Below the pieces are notes generated by a model. That model did not search any database, was not told the DNA's origin, and saw nothing but the letters and a program-made list of their open reading frames with translations. The translations under genes and the position numbers were made by a program. This document shows, piece after piece, positions 35,812-43,032 of a DNA stretch of 43,032 nucleotides. Source of the DNA: a candidate division WOR-3 bacterium (GTDB taxonomy: Bacteria > Hydrothermota > Tepidihabitantia > SM23-42 > JAOAFX01); contig JBDRWA010000002.1 in NCBI GenBank assembly GCA_039802145.1, positions 1-43,032 of the forward strand, given 5' to 3'. The first letter of the stretch is position 1. The number at the start of each line of letters is the position of its first letter.

Positions 35812-38346
35812 ATGATTAATTTTTTCTTGATTGCATTTCTGTTTAGTGGGATTACGGGTAAGATTCAAGGGGTGGTAAAAGATGAAGATACTAAAGAGCC
35901 TATTACCCTTGCCGATGTTATTATTTTGAATACTGAAATGGGCGCAGCAACCAATGAGAATGGCAATTTTTTCATTTTAAATGTGCCTTCAGGAAGGTAC
36001 ACAATTGAAATCTCCTGCCTTGGCTATCAGACAAAGAGAATTGAAAATGTAGTAGTTGAAGTTGACCGAACCACAAGGCTCAATGTAACACTAAAACAGA
36101 CTGCCATTGAGATTGCACCGGTTACGGTCTACGGAGAAACTCCAACGATAAAAAAGGATTATGTCGCTACAACCCAGATTGTGCGCAAAGCGGAGATTGC
36201 TACATTGCCGGTTGATTATACACCAGCAGTAATCACATTCCAGGCAGCCGTGGCAAAGACCGATACTGCCTTACATGTCCGTGGTGGTAGGGCAACCGAA
36301 GTCCAGTATATGGTTGATAATGTTTCAATCATTGACCCCCAGACCGGAGACCTGGCAATAGAAATATCAAAAGGGATTGTTGAAGAAGTGATATTTCTGC
36401 CTGGAGGTTTCGATGCCGAATATGGTCGGGCAATGTCCGGGGTGGTGAATTTAATTTCCGAAAGGCCCTACAAAAAGTTACATGGAAACCTTTATGCCAA
36501 GACCGAAAAGATTATGCCTTTTTATTATGATTTTGGTTATGAGAATTATCAATCCACAATTCATCTGCCTGCTACGAAAAACTTGCAAGGGCTTGCCTCA
36601 ATAGATATTATGCAGACAAATGATTGGGACCCGCGATTATATATATTACCCCATAAACAAAGAGACGATTACTCAATTTACAGTAAATGGCTCTTTACGC
36701 CTTCGGGCAAGATCAAATTGGGTGTGAGTGGAGCAAAATCAAGGAGTCAGTTTGACCGCTATTCAGGACCTGATCCATTTTTTAAATTCTATCTTGACCA
36801 TTATCGTTCGGATATGCGCAAAGGTGAACTTGCCGCCTTAAATTTAAACTATCTCCCTGATAATAAAAAATTATTCAATCTCACGGTCAGTAGACTGTAT
36901 ACACAAAAAACTTATGGTGTTCGTGAGTCAGGTAATTATGGGATATTTGATGATTTCAAATTCCGCGATTACCGAACGTTGAAATGGCCCAGAGGAACCC
37001 ACAGAAACCCCTTTGGTGTAACTTATTATAAAGTTATAAGTGAAGGTGATTACCCGCAGTATCAGGAAAAAAGTTCTGAAGTGTATAATTTTAACTTTAA
37101 AACCAACCTCCAACTCCATCAGTACCATGAACTAAAGGCTGGTGCTGAATACATCTATCAAAATCTTGATAATTTTACATATTTTGTCTGCACTGATACA
37201 TTGAATCCTATTGTGGACGACTACAATCATCAACCAAAGGAATATTCAATTTATGTACAGGACAATATTGATATTAAAGGATTCTATGCAAAACTTGGTG
37301 CACGATATGACTACTTTGCTGTGGATATTGAAGGTGCAAAACCCCAGATAAATATCTCACCCAGAATAGGTTGTTCATTCTTGGTAACAGAAAAATTTCT
37401 TTTCCGAGCCAATATAGGCAGGTATGTGCAACCGCCTCTTTATGACTATGTTTATTCGTTCTACGAACTCCTTCCTCTGGCACCCCAATACTACAATTTT
37501 ATATCAATTATTGGCAATCCGGAATTGAAACCCGAAAAAACAATAAGCTATGAAATTGGATTTCAGGGATTGATTAAAGAAAATCTAACCGGCACAACAA
37601 ATTTATTTTATAAAGATGTATCTGATCTAATCGGTACGCGATATATTATACAACTACCACGCGGGTATTACCAGTACTATAATGTTGAATATGCAAATAT
37701 TAAAGGAATGGAAACAATTCTTGAATATAATAATTATTATTTTAATGGCAAGATTTCTTATACTCTTTCCTGGGCAAAAGGAACAAGTTCTTATGCAGGC
37801 GAGTATGCAGATACTTCAGTAAGTAAACCTGCTCAGGATTATTATCTAAACTTTGACCAGCGACACAGGATCTTTATCCAAGGTGGATTAAAAGGACCCT
37901 TAGGAACAAATATTTTTCTCCTTGCCTACTTTGGCAATGGTTTTCCTTATACTCCACCTGGATATATGGGTAAATACGAAGAACGTAATATCTTCCACCT
38001 GCCTTTTCAGCGCCAGATTGACTGTGTGATTGTGAAAGGATTCAATATTAGCAGAATATTTTTCAATCTTCAATTAGAAGTTATCAATCTCCTTGACCAA
38101 CGTTATGAAGTAGCACCCCATTATCCATTGATACCGCTTGAAAAAATAAGGGCAGACGATTTTAACTATGATATATCACTCACAAATCCCTATTACAGTC
38201 CTGCAGCCGACTTCAACCACGATGGTATTATCACTCCCTATGAAACATATTACTCTTTCAGAGAACTTATCAAAGCAACCGATGACTGGGTCGCGGCTTA
38301 CACAGCACCAAGAAGGGCAAGAATTGGTATTAGAATAAATCTATAA
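35812..38346 (+). CDS. TonB-dependent outer-membrane receptor with an N-terminal carboxypeptidase-regulatory-like domain
   Basis: GKIQGVVKDEDTKEPITLADVII...NGNFFILNVPSGRYTIEISCLGY (CarbopepD_reg-like), the plug motif VRGGRATEVQYMVDNVSI, and a long beta-barrel. Confidence 0.85.
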   Translation: MINFFLIAFLFSGITGKIQGVVKDEDTKEPITLADVIILNTEMGAATNENGNFFILNVPSGRYTIEISCLGYQTKRIENVVVEVDRTTRLNVTLKQTAIEIAPVTVYGETPTIKKDYVATTQIVRKAEIATLPVDYTPAVITFQAAVAKTDTALHVRGGRATEVQYMVDNVSIIDPQTGDLAIEISKGIVEEVIFLPGGFDAEYGRAMSGVVNLISERPYKKLHGNLYAKTEKIMPFYYDFGYENYQSTIHLPATKNLQGLASIDIMQTNDWDPRLYILPHKQRDDYSIYSKWLFTPSGKIKLGVSGAKSRSQFDRYSGPDPFFKFYLDHYRSDMRKGELAALNLNYLPDNKKLFNLTVSRLYTQKTYGVRESGNYGIFDDFKFRDYRTLKWPRGTHRNPFGVTYYKVISEGDYPQYQEKSSEVYNFNFKTNLQLHQYHELKAGAEYIYQNLDNFTYFVCTDTLNPIVDDYNHQPKEYSIYVQDNIDIKGFYAKLGARYDYFAVDIEGAKPQINISPRIGCSFLVTEKFLFRANIGRYVQPPLYDYVYSFYELLPLAPQYYNFISIIGNPELKPEKTISYEIGFQGLIKENLTGTTNLFYKDVSDLIGTRYIIQLPRGYYQYYNVEYANIKGMETILEYNNYYFNGKISYTLSWAKGTSSYAGEYADTSVSKPAQDYYLNFDQRHRIFIQGGLKGPLGTNIFLLAYFGNGFPYTPPGYMGKYEERNIFHLPFQRQIDCVIVKGFNISRIFFNLQLEVINLLDQRYEVAPHYPLIPLEKIRADDFNYDISLTNPYYSPAADFNHDGIITPYETYYSFRELIKATDDWVAAYTAPRRARIGIRINL

Positions 38347-38361
38347 TGAATTTTAAAATGT

Positions 38362-38841
38362 ATGAACGGGAAGAATTCAATGTTGAAGATTTATAATTGT
38401 ATTTATACAAAGAAAAAAAATTTTTGTTTTCTACCACTTTTAATTTACTGTCTGATTGCCTTTCTGCATTATAACGCTGCCTGTAAGAATCCCCATAATT
38501 ACGAACCTTTTGATTCACTCTATCCGCCACCAGCACCTCCTATGCTTATTTTTCCTCCGAATGATACAGTAATTGTATATTACGAACCTTTCCCCCATGA
38601 TATAGCATTTGAATGGAATTCTGTTGAAGATGCTGAAAATTATCAATTACAGGTAGTAAATGATACTACTCAACTTTTAAATGCTCCAGTCATTAAAATT
38701 ACTGATACTTTAGCAATTTATACTTTAACGCGAAATAATCACTATTATTGGCGTGTTAGAGCTTATAATCCAAAATGGGAATGGTTTACTAATTGGTCTG
38801 AGACAAGGCATTTTTATGCTTATTATGAGGAGGCTAAATGA
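38362..38841 (+). CDS. Small putative lipoprotein with an FN3-like domain
   Basis: A signal peptide ending in a lipobox-like HYNAAC. The domain pattern PPNDT...FEWNSVEDAENYQLQV...YYWRVRAYN...WSETRHF is common in FCB secreted proteins. The start could instead be ATG 38380. Confidence 0.6.
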   Translation: MNGKNSMLKIYNCIYTKKKNFCFLPLLIYCLIAFLHYNAACKNPHNYEPFDSLYPPPAPPMLIFPPNDTVIVYYEPFPHDIAFEWNSVEDAENYQLQVVNDTTQLLNAPVIKITDTLAIYTLTRNNHYYWRVRAYNPKWEWFTNWSETRHFYAYYEEAK

Positions 38842-39698
38842 AAAATTTAAAATTAACCGAACCAATATTTTTAAGAAATTTAATGGTCTATCCTGTAAAA
38901 AATGGTGGAGACAATGGGAACTCAGAAATTGATACTATTGATAATCTTATTACTACGGGGAAGGCAAGTTTTTATGAACTTGCCACACCTGATGTAAACA
39001 AAATCGTTTTTGATAACAAGGGTGATTCTCCCGTGCTGATGATTGATGGTGAAGAAATAACCGGTTCTATGCAGAACCGCATAATTGCGCAATCATTCAT
39101 TGCTGAACCACATTCCCGAAGTCAAATACCAGTGATATGCGCCGAAGAGAAAAGATGGGAAGAAATTGGTGGATTCAGAACGGGCTATTGTTCATATCCG
39201 AGAATTCGCTCCATTCTTGCATCTTCGGACAGTAAAAAAACTGATACCCAGCATCAAGTATGGAAAGAAATTGATAGGAAATTGACAATCACCAGGACAA
39301 AATCAAAAACCTCATCTATGCATGAAATATTTGACAATCTTAACGATGAGATTGAACGGTATGTTGAGGGATTTGAAGGGCTAAATCACAATACAGTCGG
39401 ATTTTTGGGTGTTGCCGGCAATACTATACTTGGTTGTGATATATTCGCTTCTTCTGAAATATATCATAAATTTGAAAAGAAATTATTGCGCAGTTATGCA
39501 CTGGATGCAATTGAATACCAACAGATTAGAGGAAATTGCCCTGATGTGAAGAATTTCTTTGATAAACTAATAAAGACAATAACCGAAAATGAACTTAAAC
39601 AGAAACCAGGAAACAGGAGAATAAAAGGAAGAAAGTTAGTCGGGCAGATGGTTTTTTATAAAAATGCCCCTGTGCATATCTCTGCATTTCCGGGTTAA
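38838..39698 (+). CDS. ARPP-1 (formerly DUF6569, as I recall) family protein, function unknown
   Basis: LMVYPV near the N-terminus, PVLMIDGEEITGSMQNRIIAQSFIAEPHSRSQIPVICAEEKRWE, QHQVWKEID and LLRSYALDAI match the family core I remember (GEEL.GAKQNR ... PVSCVE.GRW ... VW.EV). ATGA overlap with the lipoprotein gene. Confidence 0.6.
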   Translation: MKNLKLTEPIFLRNLMVYPVKNGGDNGNSEIDTIDNLITTGKASFYELATPDVNKIVFDNKGDSPVLMIDGEEITGSMQNRIIAQSFIAEPHSRSQIPVICAEEKRWEEIGGFRTGYCSYPRIRSILASSDSKKTDTQHQVWKEIDRKLTITRTKSKTSSMHEIFDNLNDEIERYVEGFEGLNHNTVGFLGVAGNTILGCDIFASSEIYHKFEKKLLRSYALDAIEYQQIRGNCPDVKNFFDKLIKTITENELKQKPGNRRIKGRKLVGQMVFYKNAPVHISAFPG

Positions 39699-39709
39699 AA
39701 TGAAGAAGT

Positions 39710-39830
39710 ACATCAGAAAATCAGGGTATCAGAATGAAGCATATAAGAATATCTGAGTATCAGGGTGTTCCCCTCTCGCTATTCTGTTACATCGGTGACC
39801 ACTTTCTGATAGTCTGATTTCCTGATAACC
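39710..39830. repeat. Long-range inverted repeat made of 8-nt-phased ATCAG (x3) and CTGAT (x3) units
   Basis: ATCAG at 39712, 39720 and 39728. CTGAT at 39806, 39814 and 39822. The arms 39711-39734 and 39804-39828 are complementary at about 20 of 23 positions. ATCAGGGT is also directly repeated at 39720 and 39759. Confidence 0.8.
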
Positions 39831-39836
39831 TAACCT

Positions 39837-42347
39837 ATGCTTCTAAAAAAACTCGGTAAATACGAAATCATTGAATGGCTCGGCGGGGGCAGGTTCGGCG
39901 ATGTCTTCCTCGCCTATGATACAATCCTTGAAACCCAATTTGCCTTAAAGATTTCAAGAATGCGTAAAGAAGAGATTGTCATGCTCAAAGACGAAGCAAA
40001 ACTCCTTGCTTCTTTAAATCATCCCAATATCGTTCGTTTTTATAATATAGATTTCATTGAAAATAAATTCGTCCTGGTGATGGAGTACATAAAAGGCAGG
40101 ACCTTAAGGGAAGTCATTAAAGAAGGGGGCATTGAGATAAATGAATTCTTAAATATTGCCCAGCAGATACTTGATGGAATAAATTATGCACATAAGATCG
40201 GTGTGCTCCATCGTGATTTAAAACCTGAGAATATCTTAATAACAGAAAATAACACAATCAAGATAACTGATTTCGGACTTGCCCGTTTTTTAAAGACCGG
40301 CTCAATTGCGGCATCAACTGCCGGCACGCCAATCTATATGGCACCCGAGGTTTGGTCGGGAAAATTCAGCGAGAAGTCTGATATCTGGAGTATCGGTGTT
40401 ATCTTTTATGAACTACTCACCGGCATCCCGCCTTTTCTTGATGATAACCTTGATGGTTTAAAAAAGAAGATTGAAAAGAGCAAGTTGTTAATTCCGAGTA
40501 TGATAAGACCAAATCTACCTGGATACCTTGAAGATATTATCATAAAATGCCTTAATACAAATCCTGAATTAAGACCTGATTCAGAAGCAATAACGAAAAT
40601 TTTAAAGAAACAAACAAAAGGTATAAAAATTGAGTCAACGATAGGTGTCCCTGAAAAGAAGAAAGGTGAATTAAAATTGACCCCGGACCAGGAGCAGATA
40701 ATAAACAACCTTGATGGCAAAATACTTGTTCTGGGACAGGCGGGTTGCGGTAAGACTACAAGCCTTGTCTATGGAATTTTAAAACTCATTGAGAAAGGTA
40801 TTCCACCATCGCGTATCCTTGTCTGTGCATTTACCAATAAAGCAGCAAATGATATAAAGACACGACTGAGCCAGTTTGTTCCGTCGCCCCAGTATGACTT
40901 TTGGATTGGCACATTCCACACCGTTGCCCTAAGAATTCTTCGTCGCGATTGCGAACGGCTTGATATCTGTGAAGATTTCATTATTGAAGAACCAAGAAAA
41001 ATATTTCCATTATTGAAGACTGAAACCGGAAAGTATAAAATGAATGCGATAATCAGAACGATCGAAATACTCAAGGCAAAAGGAATTACCCCGGAAAAAT
41101 TTGCACCGGCAAATGAATGGCAGAAGGTCTGTCTCAAAATTTATAAAGAATATCAGCAGTACCTGAAAGATAACAATATTCTTGATTATGACGACCTGAT
41201 TATTTATGCCACAAAGTTATTAGAAGAATATCAAGATCTACGGGAACATTATCAAAGTATGTTTGAATATATCTTCGTTGACGAACTCCAGGACATAAAT
41301 CCGGCCCAGTATAAATTTATCTCCCTGCTGGTAAAAGATAACTTTTTCTTTACCGGTGATGAAGATCAAGCAATATATGGCTGGCGTGGCGCAAGCAAAG
41401 ATTTCATTTACCGGGTTGCCCGGGATTTCAAAGATGTAAAAATATTCCATCTCAATCGCAGTTTCCGCCTTCCCCAATCAATACTTGAAATTGCCAATAA
41501 TTTGATGCAGCGAGAAACGACCGCCATTCCTAACTTAGAAACCGGTGATGTGATTTTCTATGTGGCGGATTCAATAAACGACGAAATTGATTATATTGTT
41601 AAAGAAATAAAAGACCTTGTAGAACTGGATTTTTCTTATCGCGATATTGTCATTCTTTATCGTATGAATTACCTTGGCAAAAGTTATGAAGAAGGATTCA
41701 CAAAGGCAGGCATTCCCTTCACCACCATTCGCGGCACAACATTTTATGAGAAAGAAGAATTCAAGTCAATCATAGAATACCTTGAATTTTTAAATATCTG
41801 CAGATCTGCTGAAATATCTCAAGAATCTATCACCCAAGGGGTTTCTATATTCAGAGTCACAAAGAGCGTGCAAAATAAATTGGAGAAGATTGTTGAATGC
41901 CATCTCCAGAATCTAAATGTATTATCACCCTACACCATTATCAATGAATTGGTCAGCATTTTGAAATTGAAATCGGAAAACCTCGAAGAATTTTTAAGCT
42001 TTGCCCAGAACTATTCGGAAGCAGGAATCGGTAAATTCCTGAGCGATCTGAAATTGTTTCAGGAAATGGATTTGGCAGATTGGACAAAGAATACCATTAA
42101 GTTAATGACGGTCCACAGTGCCAAGGGAATGGAATTTCCTGTGGTATTTGTCGTGGACCTGGTAGAAGAGATATTCCCTATGACAAAGAGTCTATCAGAG
42201 CCAAGAGACCTTGAAGAAGAAAGAAGACTCTGCTATGTGGCAGTCACCCGTGCCCAGAAAAGACTCTATCTTCTATATCCCAAATACCGCTCGGGCAGAC
42301 AGCAATTACCATCAAGATTTTTGATTGACATGCTGAGAAAAAGATAA
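39837..42347 (+). CDS. Fusion protein: N-terminal Hanks-type Ser/Thr protein kinase + C-terminal UvrD/Rep-type SF1 helicase
   Basis: Kinase motifs: LGGGRFGDV, FALKI (Lys38), HRDLKPENIL, DFGLAR, GTPIYMAPE and DIWSIGV. Helicase motifs: Walker A GQAGCGKTT, CAFTNKAANDI, VDELQDINPAQ, FFTGDEDQAIYGWRGA, LNRSFRLPQ, MTVHSAKGMEFPVVFV and RLCYVAVTRAQKRLYL. Confidence 0.9.
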   Translation: MLLKKLGKYEIIEWLGGGRFGDVFLAYDTILETQFALKISRMRKEEIVMLKDEAKLLASLNHPNIVRFYNIDFIENKFVLVMEYIKGRTLREVIKEGGIEINEFLNIAQQILDGINYAHKIGVLHRDLKPENILITENNTIKITDFGLARFLKTGSIAASTAGTPIYMAPEVWSGKFSEKSDIWSIGVIFYELLTGIPPFLDDNLDGLKKKIEKSKLLIPSMIRPNLPGYLEDIIIKCLNTNPELRPDSEAITKILKKQTKGIKIESTIGVPEKKKGELKLTPDQEQIINNLDGKILVLGQAGCGKTTSLVYGILKLIEKGIPPSRILVCAFTNKAANDIKTRLSQFVPSPQYDFWIGTFHTVALRILRRDCERLDICEDFIIEEPRKIFPLLKTETGKYKMNAIIRTIEILKAKGITPEKFAPANEWQKVCLKIYKEYQQYLKDNNILDYDDLIIYATKLLEEYQDLREHYQSMFEYIFVDELQDINPAQYKFISLLVKDNFFFTGDEDQAIYGWRGASKDFIYRVARDFKDVKIFHLNRSFRLPQSILEIANNLMQRETTAIPNLETGDVIFYVADSINDEIDYIVKEIKDLVELDFSYRDIVILYRMNYLGKSYEEGFTKAGIPFTTIRGTTFYEKEEFKSIIEYLEFLNICRSAEISQESITQGVSIFRVTKSVQNKLEKIVECHLQNLNVLSPYTIINELVSILKLKSENLEEFLSFAQNYSEAGIGKFLSDLKLFQEMDLADWTKNTIKLMTVHSAKGMEFPVVFVVDLVEEIFPMTKSLSEPRDLEEERRLCYVAVTRAQKRLYLLYPKYRSGRQQLPSRFLIDMLRKR

Positions 42348-42427
42348 CCATCGCAATATATTTCATCGCGGTTAGAAACCGCTCCTACCATACTATAATC
42401 CCATAAATGTAGGACAAACCTTTAGAG

Positions 42428-42600
42428 GCTGTGTCGCAATGTCATTGCGCGCGAATGAAATGAGCGAAGCAATCGCATCCTGTAATCCCCCTTTAAAAAG
42501 GGGGGAAGAGGGGAATTGAGATTGCCACGCCCGCCAGGCTACCCGGCGTGCTTGCAATGACGACATTGGGTTACAACGCCACTCCCATACCAGCACCCCA
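42428..42600. repeat. G+C-rich intergenic element made of several palindromes
   Basis: CGCAATGTCATTGCG (42435-42449), CCCCCTTTAAAAAGGGGGG (42487-42505) and CACGCC...GGCGTG (42526-42550). The related strings GCAATGTCATTG and GCAATGACGACATTG also occur. The composition differs clearly from the flanks. Confidence 0.65.
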
Positions 42601-42751
42601 ACCAACAACTATTACTTATCCTTTTCCATTTCCCTCAAATACTTCACCGAATCTCCTCAAAACCTCTTTGCCAACCGGGTCATAGATTTATCATTTTTAC
42701 AATTGTCAAAATGATAAAATGATAACAGAAAAAAACCAATGAGAATTCCTT

Positions 42752-43032
42752 TTATCGCATAATTAACAACTTCTGAGTTTTTGACTCATGCATGCCTTCA
42801 AGGATTAGGAAGTAGACCCCGGAACTGAGATGGGATGAATCTAATCTGCAAGAATGTACACCAGGCTCAAAAATACCTTCGGAAATTGTTGCAATCTTTC
42901 TACCGAGAATATCATAAAGATTTAAACTGATATGCTGTTTTTCAGGAATTGCATATTGAACTCGGGCATTATCTCTCACCACACTCGGCAAGACCATCAA
43001 CTTTATCTTTTCACCTTCCACCTTTAATCTAT
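42752..43032 (-). CDS. C-terminal end of a secreted protein with a T9SS (Por) C-terminal sorting domain; the 5' part lies outside the window
   Basis: ISLNLYDILGRKIATISEGIFEPGVHSCRLDSSHLSSGVYFLILEG matches the T9SS CTD pattern. The ORF is open to the window end. Confidence 0.7.
   Translation of the reverse strand, partial: RLKVEGEKIKLMVLPSVVRDNARVQYAIPEKQHISLNLYDILGRKIATISEGIFEPGVHSCRLDSSHLSSGVYFLILEGMHESKTQKLLIMR

Noticed and set aside
39700-39756. 18-codon mini-ORF (MKKYIRKSGYQNEAYKNI) as an independent gene
   Set aside because: It is too short and lacks an SD, so it cannot be supported as a gene from sequence alone. It is kept only as a possible leader peptide within the repeat-spacer finding.
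42393-42608. 71-aa ORF on the minus strand in the G+C-rich region
   Set aside because: It coincides exactly with the palindromic repeat cluster. It has no RBS, and its Trp/Arg/Ala-rich translation is typical of translated repeats rather than a protein.
42690-42740. ATCATTTT...AAAATGAT inverted repeat and AAAATGAT-AAAATGAT tandem downstream of the T9SS-CTD gene
   Set aside because: It consists of A/T-only 8-mers in an AT-rich intergenic region, which are likely to arise by chance. It has no G+C-rich stem and is not convincing as a terminator or binding site.
1-43032. CRISPR arrays, rRNA genes, prophage or transposon content
   Set aside because: I noticed no regularly spaced direct repeats of 25-40 nt, no rRNA-like conserved stretches, and no integrase, transposase, recombinase or phage structural motifs in any ORF. 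The tRNA genes are not flanked by duplicated tRNA 3' ends that would indicate integration.

Overview
AT-rich (about one third G+C by eye) bacterial chromosomal segment with about 40 tightly packed genes on both strands. Two proteins carry type IX secretion C-terminal sorting domains. Together with a GH57 glycosidase, hyp genes and an archaeal-type glycerol-1-phosphate dehydrogenase, this suggests an uncultivated FCB-superphylum-like lineage (inference only). Most of the window is housekeeping: purB (fragment), thiC, polA, asd, accD, PBP1A, hypA/B/F/C, four tRNAs, a GH57 enzyme, an M19 dipeptidase and a TonB-dependent receptor. I saw no rRNA, CRISPR array, integrase or transposase. The most unusual locus is 38362-42347. 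It holds a small FN3-like lipoprotein gene that overlaps a gene of the uncharacterised ARPP-1/DUF6569-like family. After a 138-bp spacer built from phased ATCAG/CTGAT repeats comes one 836-aa ORF that fuses an apparently active Hanks Ser/Thr kinase to a complete UvrD-type SF1 helicase. I cannot match this combination to any named defence or repair system, so I flag it as the best candidate for an undescribed module. Other points: a strict TTGAC(A/T)-16-TATAAT promoter grammar, validated at three tRNA genes, places the transcription start on the start codon of at least seven genes, which implies leaderless mRNAs. An ArsR-type regulator is flanked by two copies of a 22-nt operator. A methyltransferase gene carries two in-frame stops. 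thiC shares an operon with an MCP-like sensor and a sigma54 activator. There is an orphan radical SAM/SPASM enzyme, and there are G+C-rich palindromic intergenic elements. All functional calls come from motif recognition by eye, with no database search.
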